From Candidatus Thorarchaeota archaeon (GTDB lineage: Archaea; Asgardarchaeota; Thorarchaeia; Thorarchaeales; Thorarchaeaceae), in contig JBHIAE010000059.1 of the NCBI GenBank assembly GCA_046758445.1, positions 1-16,553 of the forward strand: a DNA stretch of 16,553 nt, in the 5' to 3' direction. The notes below the pieces were generated by a model, which was not told the origin of the DNA, did no database searches, and was given only the letters and a program-made list of their open reading frames with translations. Within the stretch, counting starts at the first letter, position 1. Each line of letters opens with the position of its first letter. Made by a program: the position numbers and the translations under genes. Below are positions 7,923 to 16,483 of the stretch, in pieces.

Positions 7923-9263
7923 GTGTCAGAGGCCCTGGCATCGAGGTGGTCAAAGATGCTAGAAGAGTATAAGAAGTCAACTCCGAAATCCGAGAAACTG
8001 TTCGACCGGGCACGTCATTTGTTTCCCGGAGGAATCAGCCATAACCTGAGAACTTTTGCAATGGACAGATGTGGTGCCTATCCACCCTTCATGACTCGGG
8101 GTGAAGGTAGCCACATCTGGGACGTAGATGGAAATCAATACGTGGATTGGTGGATGACACACTATGCACAGATTCTTGGACACAACAATGCCATTGTCAA
8201 AACGGCAATAGAGCAACATCTCGACAAAGGACTTCACCTTGGCGCTGTGAACGAGCATCAAGTAGCTCTTGGTGAAATGATTCAGAGTGCGATTCCCACC
8301 CTCTCTCAGATGCGTTTTTGCAGTACCGGCAGTGAAGCCACTATGTACGCAGTAAGGATGGCACGAATGTTCACTAAGAGGAAGAGGGTTGCCAAGGCGT
8401 GGGGCGGCTGGCATGGTGGCAACGACTCCCTTGGCTATCACATCAGCCATCCATTCACAGATGACCCCTTCTTCGATGGTGTTACATTCGACTTCAATGA
8501 TCGTGATAGTGTCGACTCCATGATGAAGAAACACGGAGCTGATCTCTCGGCGGTAGTAGTCGAGCCAGTAATGGGAGCTGGTGGAGGGATTCCGCCAGAA
8601 CCGGGTTTCTTGCCCTATCTACGTGAAGAAACTGAGAGTAGAAGCATCCTCCTCATCTACGACGAGATCGTCACAGGCTTCCGCTTGCGCTATGGATCTG
8701 CTGGGAAGGAAATCTATGAGGCGGAACCTGACCTTCTGACACTTGGGAAGATAGCTGGAGGCGGCATGCATCTGGGTGTTTATGGAGGTCGTGAAGACAT
8801 CATGAAACTAGCGGCGCCTGGCGCTCCTGGTGGTCGATGGGTAGGAGGTGGAACCTTCTCCAGTCACCCTTTGGCCATGGTCGCAGGAGTTGCCACTCTA
8901 AAACAACTTCAGGGCCTTAAGAAAAAGTATGACTCACTAAACGGGCTAGGAGATGACTTTCGAGACAAGCTGAACAAACTCTTCACAGAGGAGAACTTTC
9001 ACGCTATCGCTACCGGTGAAGGTTCCATGATGTTCATTAACGTACTCAAGCACCCACTCAAGGATGGCACCCATACTGGTTCGATTCTGGGAGAGGCTGT
9101 AGACCATACGCAGCTTGACCGTTTCCAAGGCCTGCTGATGGAGAGAGGTGTATTTGGCTATCACGGCCTTGGCGGTATGTCATTCGCACATTCAAAGGAG
9201 GATCTGGAGAAGACCTACGAGGTAATCGCTGATGCAGTTTCAGTACTCAAGAAAGGAGGATGA
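7923..9263 (+). CDS. Class III PLP aminotransferase, glutamate-1-semialdehyde aminomutase (HemL)-like
   Basis: IWDVDGNQYVD, TGSEAT, WHG, EPV, DEIVTGFR, TLGK(PLP)IAGGG and GGTFSSHP. Begins 4 nt after the upstream stop. Confidence 0.9.
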   Translation: MSEALASRWSKMLEEYKKSTPKSEKLFDRARHLFPGGISHNLRTFAMDRCGAYPPFMTRGEGSHIWDVDGNQYVDWWMTHYAQILGHNNAIVKTAIEQHLDKGLHLGAVNEHQVALGEMIQSAIPTLSQMRFCSTGSEATMYAVRMARMFTKRKRVAKAWGGWHGGNDSLGYHISHPFTDDPFFDGVTFDFNDRDSVDSMMKKHGADLSAVVVEPVMGAGGGIPPEPGFLPYLREETESRSILLIYDEIVTGFRLRYGSAGKEIYEAEPDLLTLGKIAGGGMHLGVYGGREDIMKLAAPGAPGGRWVGGGTFSSHPLAMVAGVATLKQLQGLKKKYDSLNGLGDDFRDKLNKLFTEENFHAIATGEGSMMFINVLKHPLKDGTHTGSILGEAVDHTQLDRFQGLLMERGVFGYHGLGGMSFAHSKEDLEKTYEVIADAVSVLKKGG

Positions 9264-9281
9264 CAAAGGAGGAGAGACTCC

Positions 9282-9752
9282 ATGAAGAAAGCGATAGTCA
9301 TCTATGAGAGCATCTATGGAAACACAGGACGGCTGGCTTTGGCCGTTGCGGAAGGCATCAAGCGTGCCGGGGACATTGAGTGTGATGTCATGAAGACTAG
9401 TGAGGTTCACCACACAGACGGCCTCGTTGGATACGATGCTATCCTATTTGGATGTCCAAACCATAATCAGGAACCAGCAAGAAACATGATCAAGTTCCTT
9501 GAGAGGGCTGCTATTGTCGAATTGAAGGGAAAGATTGGAGCCGCCTTTGACACATATACCGGGGGCAACAAGGGAATTGCAGTAGGAAAGCTCGAAAGCA
9601 TAGTTCGAGAGAAGATGCCTGGAGTGACCTTGGCTATTGACGGCTTCTCAGCACTAGTTGAAGATAGAAAGGGGCCACTTGCAGCAGGGGAAATCTCACA
9701 GGCCAAAGAATTCGGAAATGCATTAGGTCTAGAGCTAGTGAAAGAGAGCTAG
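9282..9752 (+). CDS. Flavodoxin-domain protein
   Basis: IVIYESIYGNT FMN-phosphate loop, YDAILFGCP, LKGKIGAAFDTY. AGGAGG SD; 18 nt after the upstream stop. Confidence 0.9.
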   Translation: MKKAIVIYESIYGNTGRLALAVAEGIKRAGDIECDVMKTSEVHHTDGLVGYDAILFGCPNHNQEPARNMIKFLERAAIVELKGKIGAAFDTYTGGNKGIAVGKLESIVREKMPGVTLAIDGFSALVEDRKGPLAAGEISQAKEFGNALGLELVKES

Positions 9753-9764
9753 GCCGGCTATCGA

Positions 9765-10973
9765 CTAGATCTCGAACAGTTCAGGCGCCTTCGAAAGCAA
9801 TCTGTTGCCCTTGTCCGTGATAGCGTACGTGTCCTCGATACCTATCAGCACATTTCCGGGGATAATGAACTTGGGTTCACACGCAAGGGTGTTTCCTGAA
9901 CGTAGGTCCGGACCTTTTGAGTAGAAGATTGGAAGGTCATCCAGTTCCAAGCCCACACCATGTCCAAGAAACACAACCTTGTCAGACTCTGTGCCCATGA
10001 AGTTGGCGTGAATTTCCAGCTCCTTACTCAGGTCCATAACTTCTTCATGTAGCTCGCCCAGATTCTTGCCTGGAGTCATGGAGCCCACCAAGAACTTCTT
10101 GATTTGCCCCAAAGCTTCCAGCTTGTTGCGGAGCTCCTTCTCAAGACGCCCACATACAAAGGTCCGAGTCGTGTCAGACAAGTATCCTTGATAGTTCCCG
10201 ACAGTGTCGACTATGAACGGCTGGTTCTTTCCTAGCTTCTTTCTAGTAGACCCAAATGGGTACTTGAGAGAGAGTCCCTGACCTGATATCGGCGTGAAGT
10301 AGGTGCTTAGAGTGGACCCCTCACTAGAAACCACATAGGAGTATTGCACCATTTCCATGTTGAAAGCCCGGGTAGTAATGAAGCCGGCGTGGTCTCTCTC
10401 AACCATCCACGAATCGAGGCGAACGGCCAGTTCAATCTCAGTCATCTCTGGATTCGCAATCTCTCTGCAGAACTCGAATGATTTGTCGACTGTAGTTGCT
10501 GCTTTCTCTATAAAGTCAATCTCGTAGTTCGATTTGACCGACCGGATCTGCCTGAAATGACTACTACCATCGACGAGTTCAATGGATGCTGCTCTTGACT
10601 GTAGGAATGTCACCAGTGAGAAGGGGAGCACATCACCCTCCACTGCAATTCGTGACGACGACCCTACTTCAAGAGTTTCAAAGAGCGCGGACATTCTCCC
10701 CAAGGGCCGAATATCAGTTAGAGGTGAGTAGGTTTCTGTGACCTTGAGGTTTCTCTCAGACAGGCGGATGGGCTCCTCATCCAGGGGAACATAGACAGCC
10801 CCTGGAATGCCAATCCCCGAGTAGTAGTACAACTCAGTTACTGACATGAGCAGTGCTCCATCAAGTCCCTGCTCTCCCAACAGGCTCTTGAGTCTAGTTA
10901 CACGAGAGGTTATCTCGGACTCGGGAATCTTCGAATACGACTTGGACATGAGTGTGTCTGAATCATGACTCAA
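9765..10973 (-). CDS. Xaa-Pro peptidase family (M24) metallopeptidase
   Basis: Creatinase-like N-domain, RSVKS..EI, and metal ligands in D...GYLSDTTRT, HGVGLELD, EPK and GIEDT. GGAGG SD before TTG. Confidence 0.92.
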   Translation of the reverse strand: MSHDSDTLMSKSYSKIPESEITSRVTRLKSLLGEQGLDGALLMSVTELYYYSGIGIPGAVYVPLDEEPIRLSERNLKVTETYSPLTDIRPLGRMSALFETLEVGSSSRIAVEGDVLPFSLVTFLQSRAASIELVDGSSHFRQIRSVKSNYEIDFIEKAATTVDKSFEFCREIANPEMTEIELAVRLDSWMVERDHAGFITTRAFNMEMVQYSYVVSSEGSTLSTYFTPISGQGLSLKYPFGSTRKKLGKNQPFIVDTVGNYQGYLSDTTRTFVCGRLEKELRNKLEALGQIKKFLVGSMTPGKNLGELHEEVMDLSKELEIHANFMGTESDKVVFLGHGVGLELDDLPIFYSKGPDLRSGNTLACEPKFIIPGNVLIGIEDTYAITDKGNRLLSKAPELFEI

Positions 10974-11161
10974 TAAGACTCCTCCGCAATGTCGTCCATG
11001 CCAAGAACAATGTGACCGTATGTTAAGTTTGTCATGGTCTTAGCCTGTCCGTTCTGGTCCCTGAGAATGGCGCGCACTTCGGGGATCATGAATAACCGAT
11101 AAGAAGGTGCGCAAAACGCTCTCTAGAACAGGTCTAGCGACCAGATAACGATAGTATGAGG

Positions 11162-11195
11162 ATATACGAGGATTTATAATAACTAAATATCCTAT
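11162..11195 (+). promoter_or_regulatory. Probable TATA-box promoter of the thioredoxin-like gene
   Basis: TTTATAAT at 11173-11180, about 33 nt upstream of ATG 11213, flanked by AGGAT/ATCCT arms. Confidence 0.5.
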
Positions 11196-11212
11196 ATTAT
11201 TACCTGATTGGA

Positions 11213-11563
11213 ATGGACGTGGCACACTCGATGCAACACACAAACAGGTTGGACATGACACCTTGCGGCCGCCGCGGCTGCATCATACTGTACAGTGGAC
11301 AGGCCTGCCTATTCTGTGGTGCCGCGAAACAGCTTTTGGGAGAGACCATGTCCCATTTCGGTGTTTCTGATGACATAATCTGTACGATAGACGTGGACAA
11401 GGGTGAGGACAAGGGTTCCGGCTGCAACGATGTTGTCACCAGCCTTCCCACAATTCGCATATGCAACGTAGTTCTGGAAGGGCTGCCTGATGAGAGTCAG
11501 GTGAATGATGCTGTCATCCGCGCGTTAATGATGGACTGTTTCTGCGACGCCCCGACCACTTAG
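11213..11563 (+). CDS. Cys-rich thioredoxin/glutaredoxin-fold protein
   Basis: IILYSGQACLFC (CxxC), IDVDK, cis-Pro motif SLPTI and EGLP; 9 Cys in 116 aa. Confidence 0.8.
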   Translation: MDVAHSMQHTNRLDMTPCGRRGCIILYSGQACLFCGAAKQLLGETMSHFGVSDDIICTIDVDKGEDKGSGCNDVVTSLPTIRICNVVLEGLPDESQVNDAVIRALMMDCFCDAPTT

Positions 11564-11590
11564 AAACATATAGTGTCACATAGAAGCCCG

Positions 11591-12067
11591 CTACATCACT
11601 CTCAGACTGTCGAGGGGGTTCTCTGCATGCAGCAGAACACTCTCTTCTTGCCCATCGGTTTCGATAGCACACGGACGTGACTTGCGGACTCGGTCAATCG
11701 CAGCCCGTCCATCAGTCGAATCGTATAGATAGACCTCCGCCAGTGCCATCATTGTACCCGTTCTCCCACAGCCAGCTAGACAGTGAATCAGAACGGGCTT
11801 GTTCTGGTTGAGAGCCTCTCGTACTATCGTGACAAACTTGCGCACATTGTCATCCGAAGGAATACCGAAGTCCGGGATGGAGATGCGATGCTGCTCGAGG
11901 TCAAAATCAGAGAAGTCAGGAAAGCCGAACCCGGATTCTAGAGAAATGACAACTTTGACTCCAGCGTCGGCAATCTTCTGAAGGTCTTCTCTTGTTTCAG
12001 GCAAAGAGGACCCCCATATCTGCCCAGTTCTGTGCTCGAACAAGTCAATCATTGTATTCATGAACAC
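11591..12067 (-). CDS. Cys-dependent dual-specificity protein phosphatase (DUSP23/archaeal PTP-like)
   Basis: CX5R P-loop HCLAGCGRTG, general-acid loop IPDFGIP, and RP.AIET..QE. The start may be ATG 12061 or 12052. Confidence 0.92.
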   Translation of the reverse strand: MFMNTMIDLFEHRTGQIWGSSLPETREDLQKIADAGVKVVISLESGFGFPDFSDFDLEQHRISIPDFGIPSDDNVRKFVTIVREALNQNKPVLIHCLAGCGRTGTMMALAEVYLYDSTDGRAAIDRVRKSRPCAIETDGQEESVLLHAENPLDSLRVM

Positions 12068-12170
12068 CTATAGCGTGGTAGTTCCTAGCGCTGTCCTTTG
12101 ACATGTAAGTTTGGTGATTATGCCATCTGGTCTCGTGTGAGGCCTTATCGCGAACTTTGTTCCAAGTTCC

Positions 12171-12626
12171 TCAGAAGTCAAGGCGAATCGTTTCCCAACG
12201 TAATCTTCCTGCCTCAACTGCCTCTTTGATCTTCCTCTCAGTTCTACTCAAACGAGCGTCACCAGTCTTTACATCAGCCAAGATGACGGTGATCGGTGCT
12301 TCCGAGTTGCCATCCTTCACCGCAGTGTAGCCGTCAAATATCACGTAGTCAATAGGAGCGCCTATGAATCGTGCATCTGAAGGGTTGTATCTGAAGATAT
12401 CTCTCAATAGAGGTACCATATGCTCTGCAATCTTGCCCTTGAGAACATAGCGACTTCGCTGTGCTGCATCCTTTCTGATGTCGCCCTCCTGTTCAGCCCA
12501 CAGCTTTCTGAACTCTGCGTCAACAAGGGCAATTCGATGTCGGAGCCGCCAGCTCATCGCTAGGTACACGATTACTGCAATGAAGAGCCCCACCACAAGA
12601 CCCAGGAGAATCTCTTCAAGAGCCAT
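12171..12626 (-). CDS. Holliday junction resolvase-like PD-(D/E)xK endonuclease (Endonuc_Holl) with N-terminal TM helix
   Basis: SR.VLKGKIAEHMVP, DARFIGAPIDYVIFDG, DVKTG..RLS..ER.IKEAVEAGR. Hydrophobic N-terminus; GGTGA SD. Confidence 0.88.
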   Translation of the reverse strand: MALEEILLGLVVGLFIAVIVYLAMSWRLRHRIALVDAEFRKLWAEQEGDIRKDAAQRSRYVLKGKIAEHMVPLLRDIFRYNPSDARFIGAPIDYVIFDGYTAVKDGNSEAPITVILADVKTGDARLSRTERKIKEAVEAGRLRWETIRLDF

Positions 12627-12792
12627 GACTTGCTATCACCCTTTTTGGATATATGCTCAGGTAATGACCGGGTATTAGCAAGAATTCGGCACTCAAACAA
12701 TGAGAACGACAGCAATTCAGGGAAACGTTGATTAGACCTCCAGGAGAGGCACGCCTGGTTTTGTCGCAATTCTTGCAAGAAGGCCCGAACCG

Positions 12793-13197
12793 ATGACAAA
12801 GACTAGGTTGATTTGCATAGGCGCAATCATCATAATGCTGCTGTCAGGCATTATAGTCATCACGGTCTTGGATGACGTTGAAGGGCCGTTGATCTATCAG
12901 GTTGATATTCTGCCAGTGGACCCGGAGGCTGGGGATCTGATAAGCATCGTCGTATACTGCATTGATCCTTCAGGCGTGTCCGGCGCACAATTATCCTGGT
13001 CAATTAATAGTGAGAACTGGGCTACAGAAGAGATGTCGTTCTATGCCTGCCTGTGTATGGCAGGCGGCCGCTGGAAAGCCAGCTTTGGCCCCGTTTCTGG
13101 AGAAGACAGTGCTGAGTTCTTTGTTACTGCCTACGATAGCTCTGTCTACAGAAACGCTGCAGATACCCAGACGTTCTTGCTGGAAATCGCTTCATGA
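12793..13197 (+). CDS. Hypothetical membrane-anchored/secreted Ig-like beta protein with CxC motif
   Basis: N-terminal hydrophobic helix, then D.EGPLI...P..P, DPSGVS.A.L.W and FFVTAYD pattern of archaeal surface beta-sandwich domains; contains YACLCMAGGRW. Confidence 0.75.
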   Translation: MTKTRLICIGAIIIMLLSGIIVITVLDDVEGPLIYQVDILPVDPEAGDLISIVVYCIDPSGVSGAQLSWSINSENWATEEMSFYACLCMAGGRWKASFGPVSGEDSAEFFVTAYDSSVYRNAADTQTFLLEIAS

Positions 13198-13295
13198 TAG
13201 GCGGGGCATTAGATACTTCAATCCAAAGAATAATACCGAGCGAGTACGGTCGTTCCTCCCACACGTCGGATGCCACGGAAGTGGGAACCTTGGAG

Positions 13296-14741
13296 ATGAA
13301 TACAGCATTCAAGTTGCAGTGTACTCTGATTGCCATTTTGCTCATAATATCAATGATTCCGACTGCTTCTGGGACCAGTACATTCACTGAGGAGCCCATG
13401 GACATAGTTGCATTCTCTCCCAACTTGTTGTTGTCCACTGACGATTCGAAATACGGGCACCATGTTGAGGTATCAGTCGCAATCAGCGACAATGGCACAA
13501 TCTTCGCGGGATGGAAGAACTCAGAAACTCACAATGGACCTGGGGCAAGAGTCAGTATCGTGAAGTCTGCGGACGGGGGGACAACCTGGACTCAGCCCTT
13601 CGACATGCCCATGTTTGGAAGCGAGTTCACTCAGCAGTCAGACCCTTGGCTGTACTGGCATGAGAGCAGCTTGTACTATGCCTATCTGGAGTTTGAACCG
13701 GACTACTTCACAGACCCCGGTAATCCGGAATTCTTTACGCAGATTACTGTTGCAAAGAGCGGCGACTATGGCAGTACATGGACACCTGTGAAAGCATCCA
13801 ATGGGACCTATTTCGCTGACAAGGAAACTATGATGGTCAGTGAAAGTGGTAGCGTCTATGTCGTCTACGACGATGTGAGTATCGAAGAGCAAAACGAGAA
13901 TACGACCATCAGGTTTACACGTTCAATCGACGGCGGCGCCACTTTTGATGAAATCTCCGTCATCGGAAAAGACCCAGGATATGTCGGACCCTTCGTTGCA
14001 CAAAACAGCACGGGCGGCCTCTTTGTGGCATGGACTTGGCTTGATAGCACATACACCGAAGGGGCCCTGTTCCTCTCAAGAAGCACAGATGATGGCCAGA
14101 CTTGGGATGAGCCTCGAGTGATTGACGTTGGGGGTAACTTCTCTGCAGCGACAGCTCCTGGGCGTAGACCGGGCAAGAGCACGCTCCCTGTACTCAGATT
14201 CGATAATACCGATCGCCTCTATGTTCTCTGGGCGGATCTGTATGAATCGGAGGGCCACTCTTGGGATGTCTACCTATGCTACTCGGACGACTCCGGAGAA
14301 ACATGGAGTCCACGAATACAGGTCAATCAGGAGACCTATGGCAACCAATGGAATCCTGATATGGTGATAGACACTAGAGGACGACTTCATGTAGCCTTCT
14401 ATGATGAGCGAAATGGGGAATATGCCCCTTCATACCGTTCAATAGATTTCACTGGAGCAGCTAGGGACAATCCTGTGTTCTCCGATGAGATTCCGATAGC
14501 CGACGCAGTCACAAGCAGCTCGTTCACAAGACCTGGCGAGTACTTGGGGATTCAGGTTGACCAGAACGGTATTCCTCAGGTGGCATGGAGCGATGCACGT
14601 GAGGACGAGATGGATATCTACTACGCTCACGGGATGAACTCCACAATAGAAGACATTCCCTTGGAGATTGTAGTTGTCGTTATTGTTGTGGTGGCCGTGG
14701 CTGTATTGGCTCTGGTTGTGTTCTACACTAGACGAAGATAG
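13296..14741 (+). CDS. Membrane-anchored BNR/Asp-box (sialidase-like) beta-propeller protein
   Basis: Signal peptide from ATG 13296. Five Asp-boxes (SADGGTTW, SGDYGSTW, SIDGGATF, STDDGQTW, SDDSGETW), QSDP and VAWSD.R motifs, and a Val-rich C-terminal TM with RRR tail. Confidence 0.9.
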   Translation: MNTAFKLQCTLIAILLIISMIPTASGTSTFTEEPMDIVAFSPNLLLSTDDSKYGHHVEVSVAISDNGTIFAGWKNSETHNGPGARVSIVKSADGGTTWTQPFDMPMFGSEFTQQSDPWLYWHESSLYYAYLEFEPDYFTDPGNPEFFTQITVAKSGDYGSTWTPVKASNGTYFADKETMMVSESGSVYVVYDDVSIEEQNENTTIRFTRSIDGGATFDEISVIGKDPGYVGPFVAQNSTGGLFVAWTWLDSTYTEGALFLSRSTDDGQTWDEPRVIDVGGNFSAATAPGRRPGKSTLPVLRFDNTDRLYVLWADLYESEGHSWDVYLCYSDDSGETWSPRIQVNQETYGNQWNPDMVIDTRGRLHVAFYDERNGEYAPSYRSIDFTGAARDNPVFSDEIPIADAVTSSSFTRPGEYLGIQVDQNGIPQVAWSDAREDEMDIYYAHGMNSTIEDIPLEIVVVVIVVVAVAVLALVVFYTRRR

Positions 14742-14885
14742 GGCCCCTGCGAGGACTCCATATGTAGATGAGAGTCAATCGAACTTCTTTTGCTAGGATT
14801 TCAGATGCTGCATATCAAATAGAGCAATCTGTCAGTTTTGGGGTATTCCTTAAGTAGAACAGGTTCGGCGTTCTTCAAGAGTGAT

Positions 14886-15929
14886 ATGACAAAAAGAACA
14901 TTCCAATTGCTAGAGGAACTCAGTGGGATCCCTGGCCCGGTGGGGCGAGAGGAGTCCGTTCAGGAGAAGGTCGAACAGCTTCTCAAGGAGATTGGGCTAA
15001 CAGTTCAACGTGACAAGATTGGTAATCGAGTCACAACCCTTGAGGGTTCGAAATCCCACTATGCGTTGGTTTCACACGCTGACGAAGTAGGTTTTCTTGT
15101 GAGCAATGTTGAGAAATCAGGATTCCTTCGAGTGAAATGGAACACAACTGGATACATGCCTGATCTTAGACTTCTACCTGGTCAGCGCGTTTCAATAATG
15201 GCAGAGAAGAAGTTGATCCCTGGCACGTTCTGTGTCAAGACTGCACACATCGCAGGTCCTGAGGACAAGAAAAAGATTCCAACCTACGAGGAGGTCTTCC
15301 TTGACATTGGGGCAGCCTCAGAGGAGGAAGTCCATGATATGGGCATCCATGTTGGAACGCCTGTCGTATATGACACGGCTCTCACCAAGGTGGGTAGAAA
15401 CGTCGTTGGGAAGTCGTTGGACAACCGTCTAGGTCTGACCATGATGGTTTTGATTGCGGAAGAACTCGCGAAAGTTCCGAAGAGCAAACGACCGACAGTC
15501 ACCTTCGTTTCGACAGTAATGGAGGAGTTGGGCGCCAAGGGTGGAGCCGCAGTGGCAAAGACCCTTGATGTTGATGGTGTGATCATTCTGGAAGTGGGTC
15601 TGGCAGATGACTACCCAGGTACTGCTGGAGAGGCTGGCGTGGCCTTGGGGAAGGGTCCAGTCTTGGTGATAAAAGACAGCCAAGTGCACTATTCACACGA
15701 ACTCAACGTGAGAATCATCAAAACAGCTGAGAAGAACAGCATACCAATACAGAGAGCGGTATACCACAACTACGCCACTGATGGCTTGCAAATGATATTG
15801 CAGGGGCAGATTGCATCCGCAATTGGGGTTCCTTGCCGCTACTCACACAGCAGCTTTGAAACAGTGACTCTAGATGATGTCGAATCTACCACTAGACTAG
15901 TTTCGCTGTTTCTTCAAGAGTCATTATGA
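14886..15929 (+). CDS. M42 family (TET-like) aminopeptidase
   Basis: GPVGRE, D.IGN, HADEVG, GKSLDNR, EELG..G, EVG, LGKGP, TDG and RYSHS..E. ATG 14886 is preferred. Confidence 0.93.
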   Translation: MTKRTFQLLEELSGIPGPVGREESVQEKVEQLLKEIGLTVQRDKIGNRVTTLEGSKSHYALVSHADEVGFLVSNVEKSGFLRVKWNTTGYMPDLRLLPGQRVSIMAEKKLIPGTFCVKTAHIAGPEDKKKIPTYEEVFLDIGAASEEEVHDMGIHVGTPVVYDTALTKVGRNVVGKSLDNRLGLTMMVLIAEELAKVPKSKRPTVTFVSTVMEELGAKGGAAVAKTLDVDGVIILEVGLADDYPGTAGEAGVALGKGPVLVIKDSQVHYSHELNVRIIKTAEKNSIPIQRAVYHNYATDGLQMILQGQIASAIGVPCRYSHSSFETVTLDDVESTTRLVSLFLQESL

Positions 15930-15945
15930 GTGCAGAGTATGGTTT

Positions 15946-16338
15946 CTATGCCTCTTCTTCCTCAGCGGGTTCTACGCGAACTATCATACTGTCTCTTGAG
16001 AGAATCTTCACCTTGGTTCCAATCGGTATCTCACCAGTGTCGGTTCGTGCGTCCCAGATCTCTGCGCCCACCTTGATCTTGCCTGAGGTGCTTGTAACCG
16101 TACTGACAACCCTCCCGGTCATTCCTTCCAACTCGTATGACATGTAAGTTCCTTCCAATAGTGACGGGTAAACGAGGTGGTATTTGCCAGCCACAAACAC
16201 GATCGCTCCTACCACCATGAGAACTGTTATGGGTACTGTCAATTCGGGAGCGAGATAGTAGATTATGGCAATGACAAGCGGGACTAGGAGTAGCTCATCG
16301 ATTGTGATGGCAATGAACTTGACACGAGGCGAAACCAT
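15946..16338 (-). CDS. Short NfeD-family membrane protein (TM helices + C-terminal OB fold)
   Basis: N-terminal TM segments followed by LEGMTGRVV...GKIKVGAEIWDAR...IPIGTKVKIL.....VRVEP. Confidence 0.88.
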   Translation of the reverse strand: MVSPRVKFIAITIDELLLVPLVIAIIYYLAPELTVPITVLMVVGAIVFVAGKYHLVYPSLLEGTYMSYELEGMTGRVVSTVTSTSGKIKVGAEIWDARTDTGEIPIGTKVKILSRDSMIVRVEPAEEEEA

Positions 16339-16483
16339 ACTTACTCTCGACCACCTATCGTCGTGCTATGATTGTATATCAAAAGTGAAAAGCCTTTGCT
16401 CGAAGTTGCGACTTCCTACAGCTTTGCGACCTACAATATGATTAAAATAAGGTACACTGGCCCGAGATTCAAGTGACCTCCCT

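Noticed and set aside
7923-9263. Assigning the symbol hemL
   Set aside because: Several HemL signature residues differ and no tetrapyrrole genes are adjacent.
4497-11113. Shared 10-mer AAGGTGCGCA in two intergenic inverted repeats (4497-4506 and 11104-11113)
   Set aside because: 10-mer matches are expected by chance in 16.5 kb, and the arms are in opposite order at the two sites.
13194-13295. Long N-terminal extension of the BNR protein overlapping the upstream stop (ATGA)
   Set aside because: ATG 13296 places the signal peptide at the N-terminus, and the extra 34 codons look non-coding.
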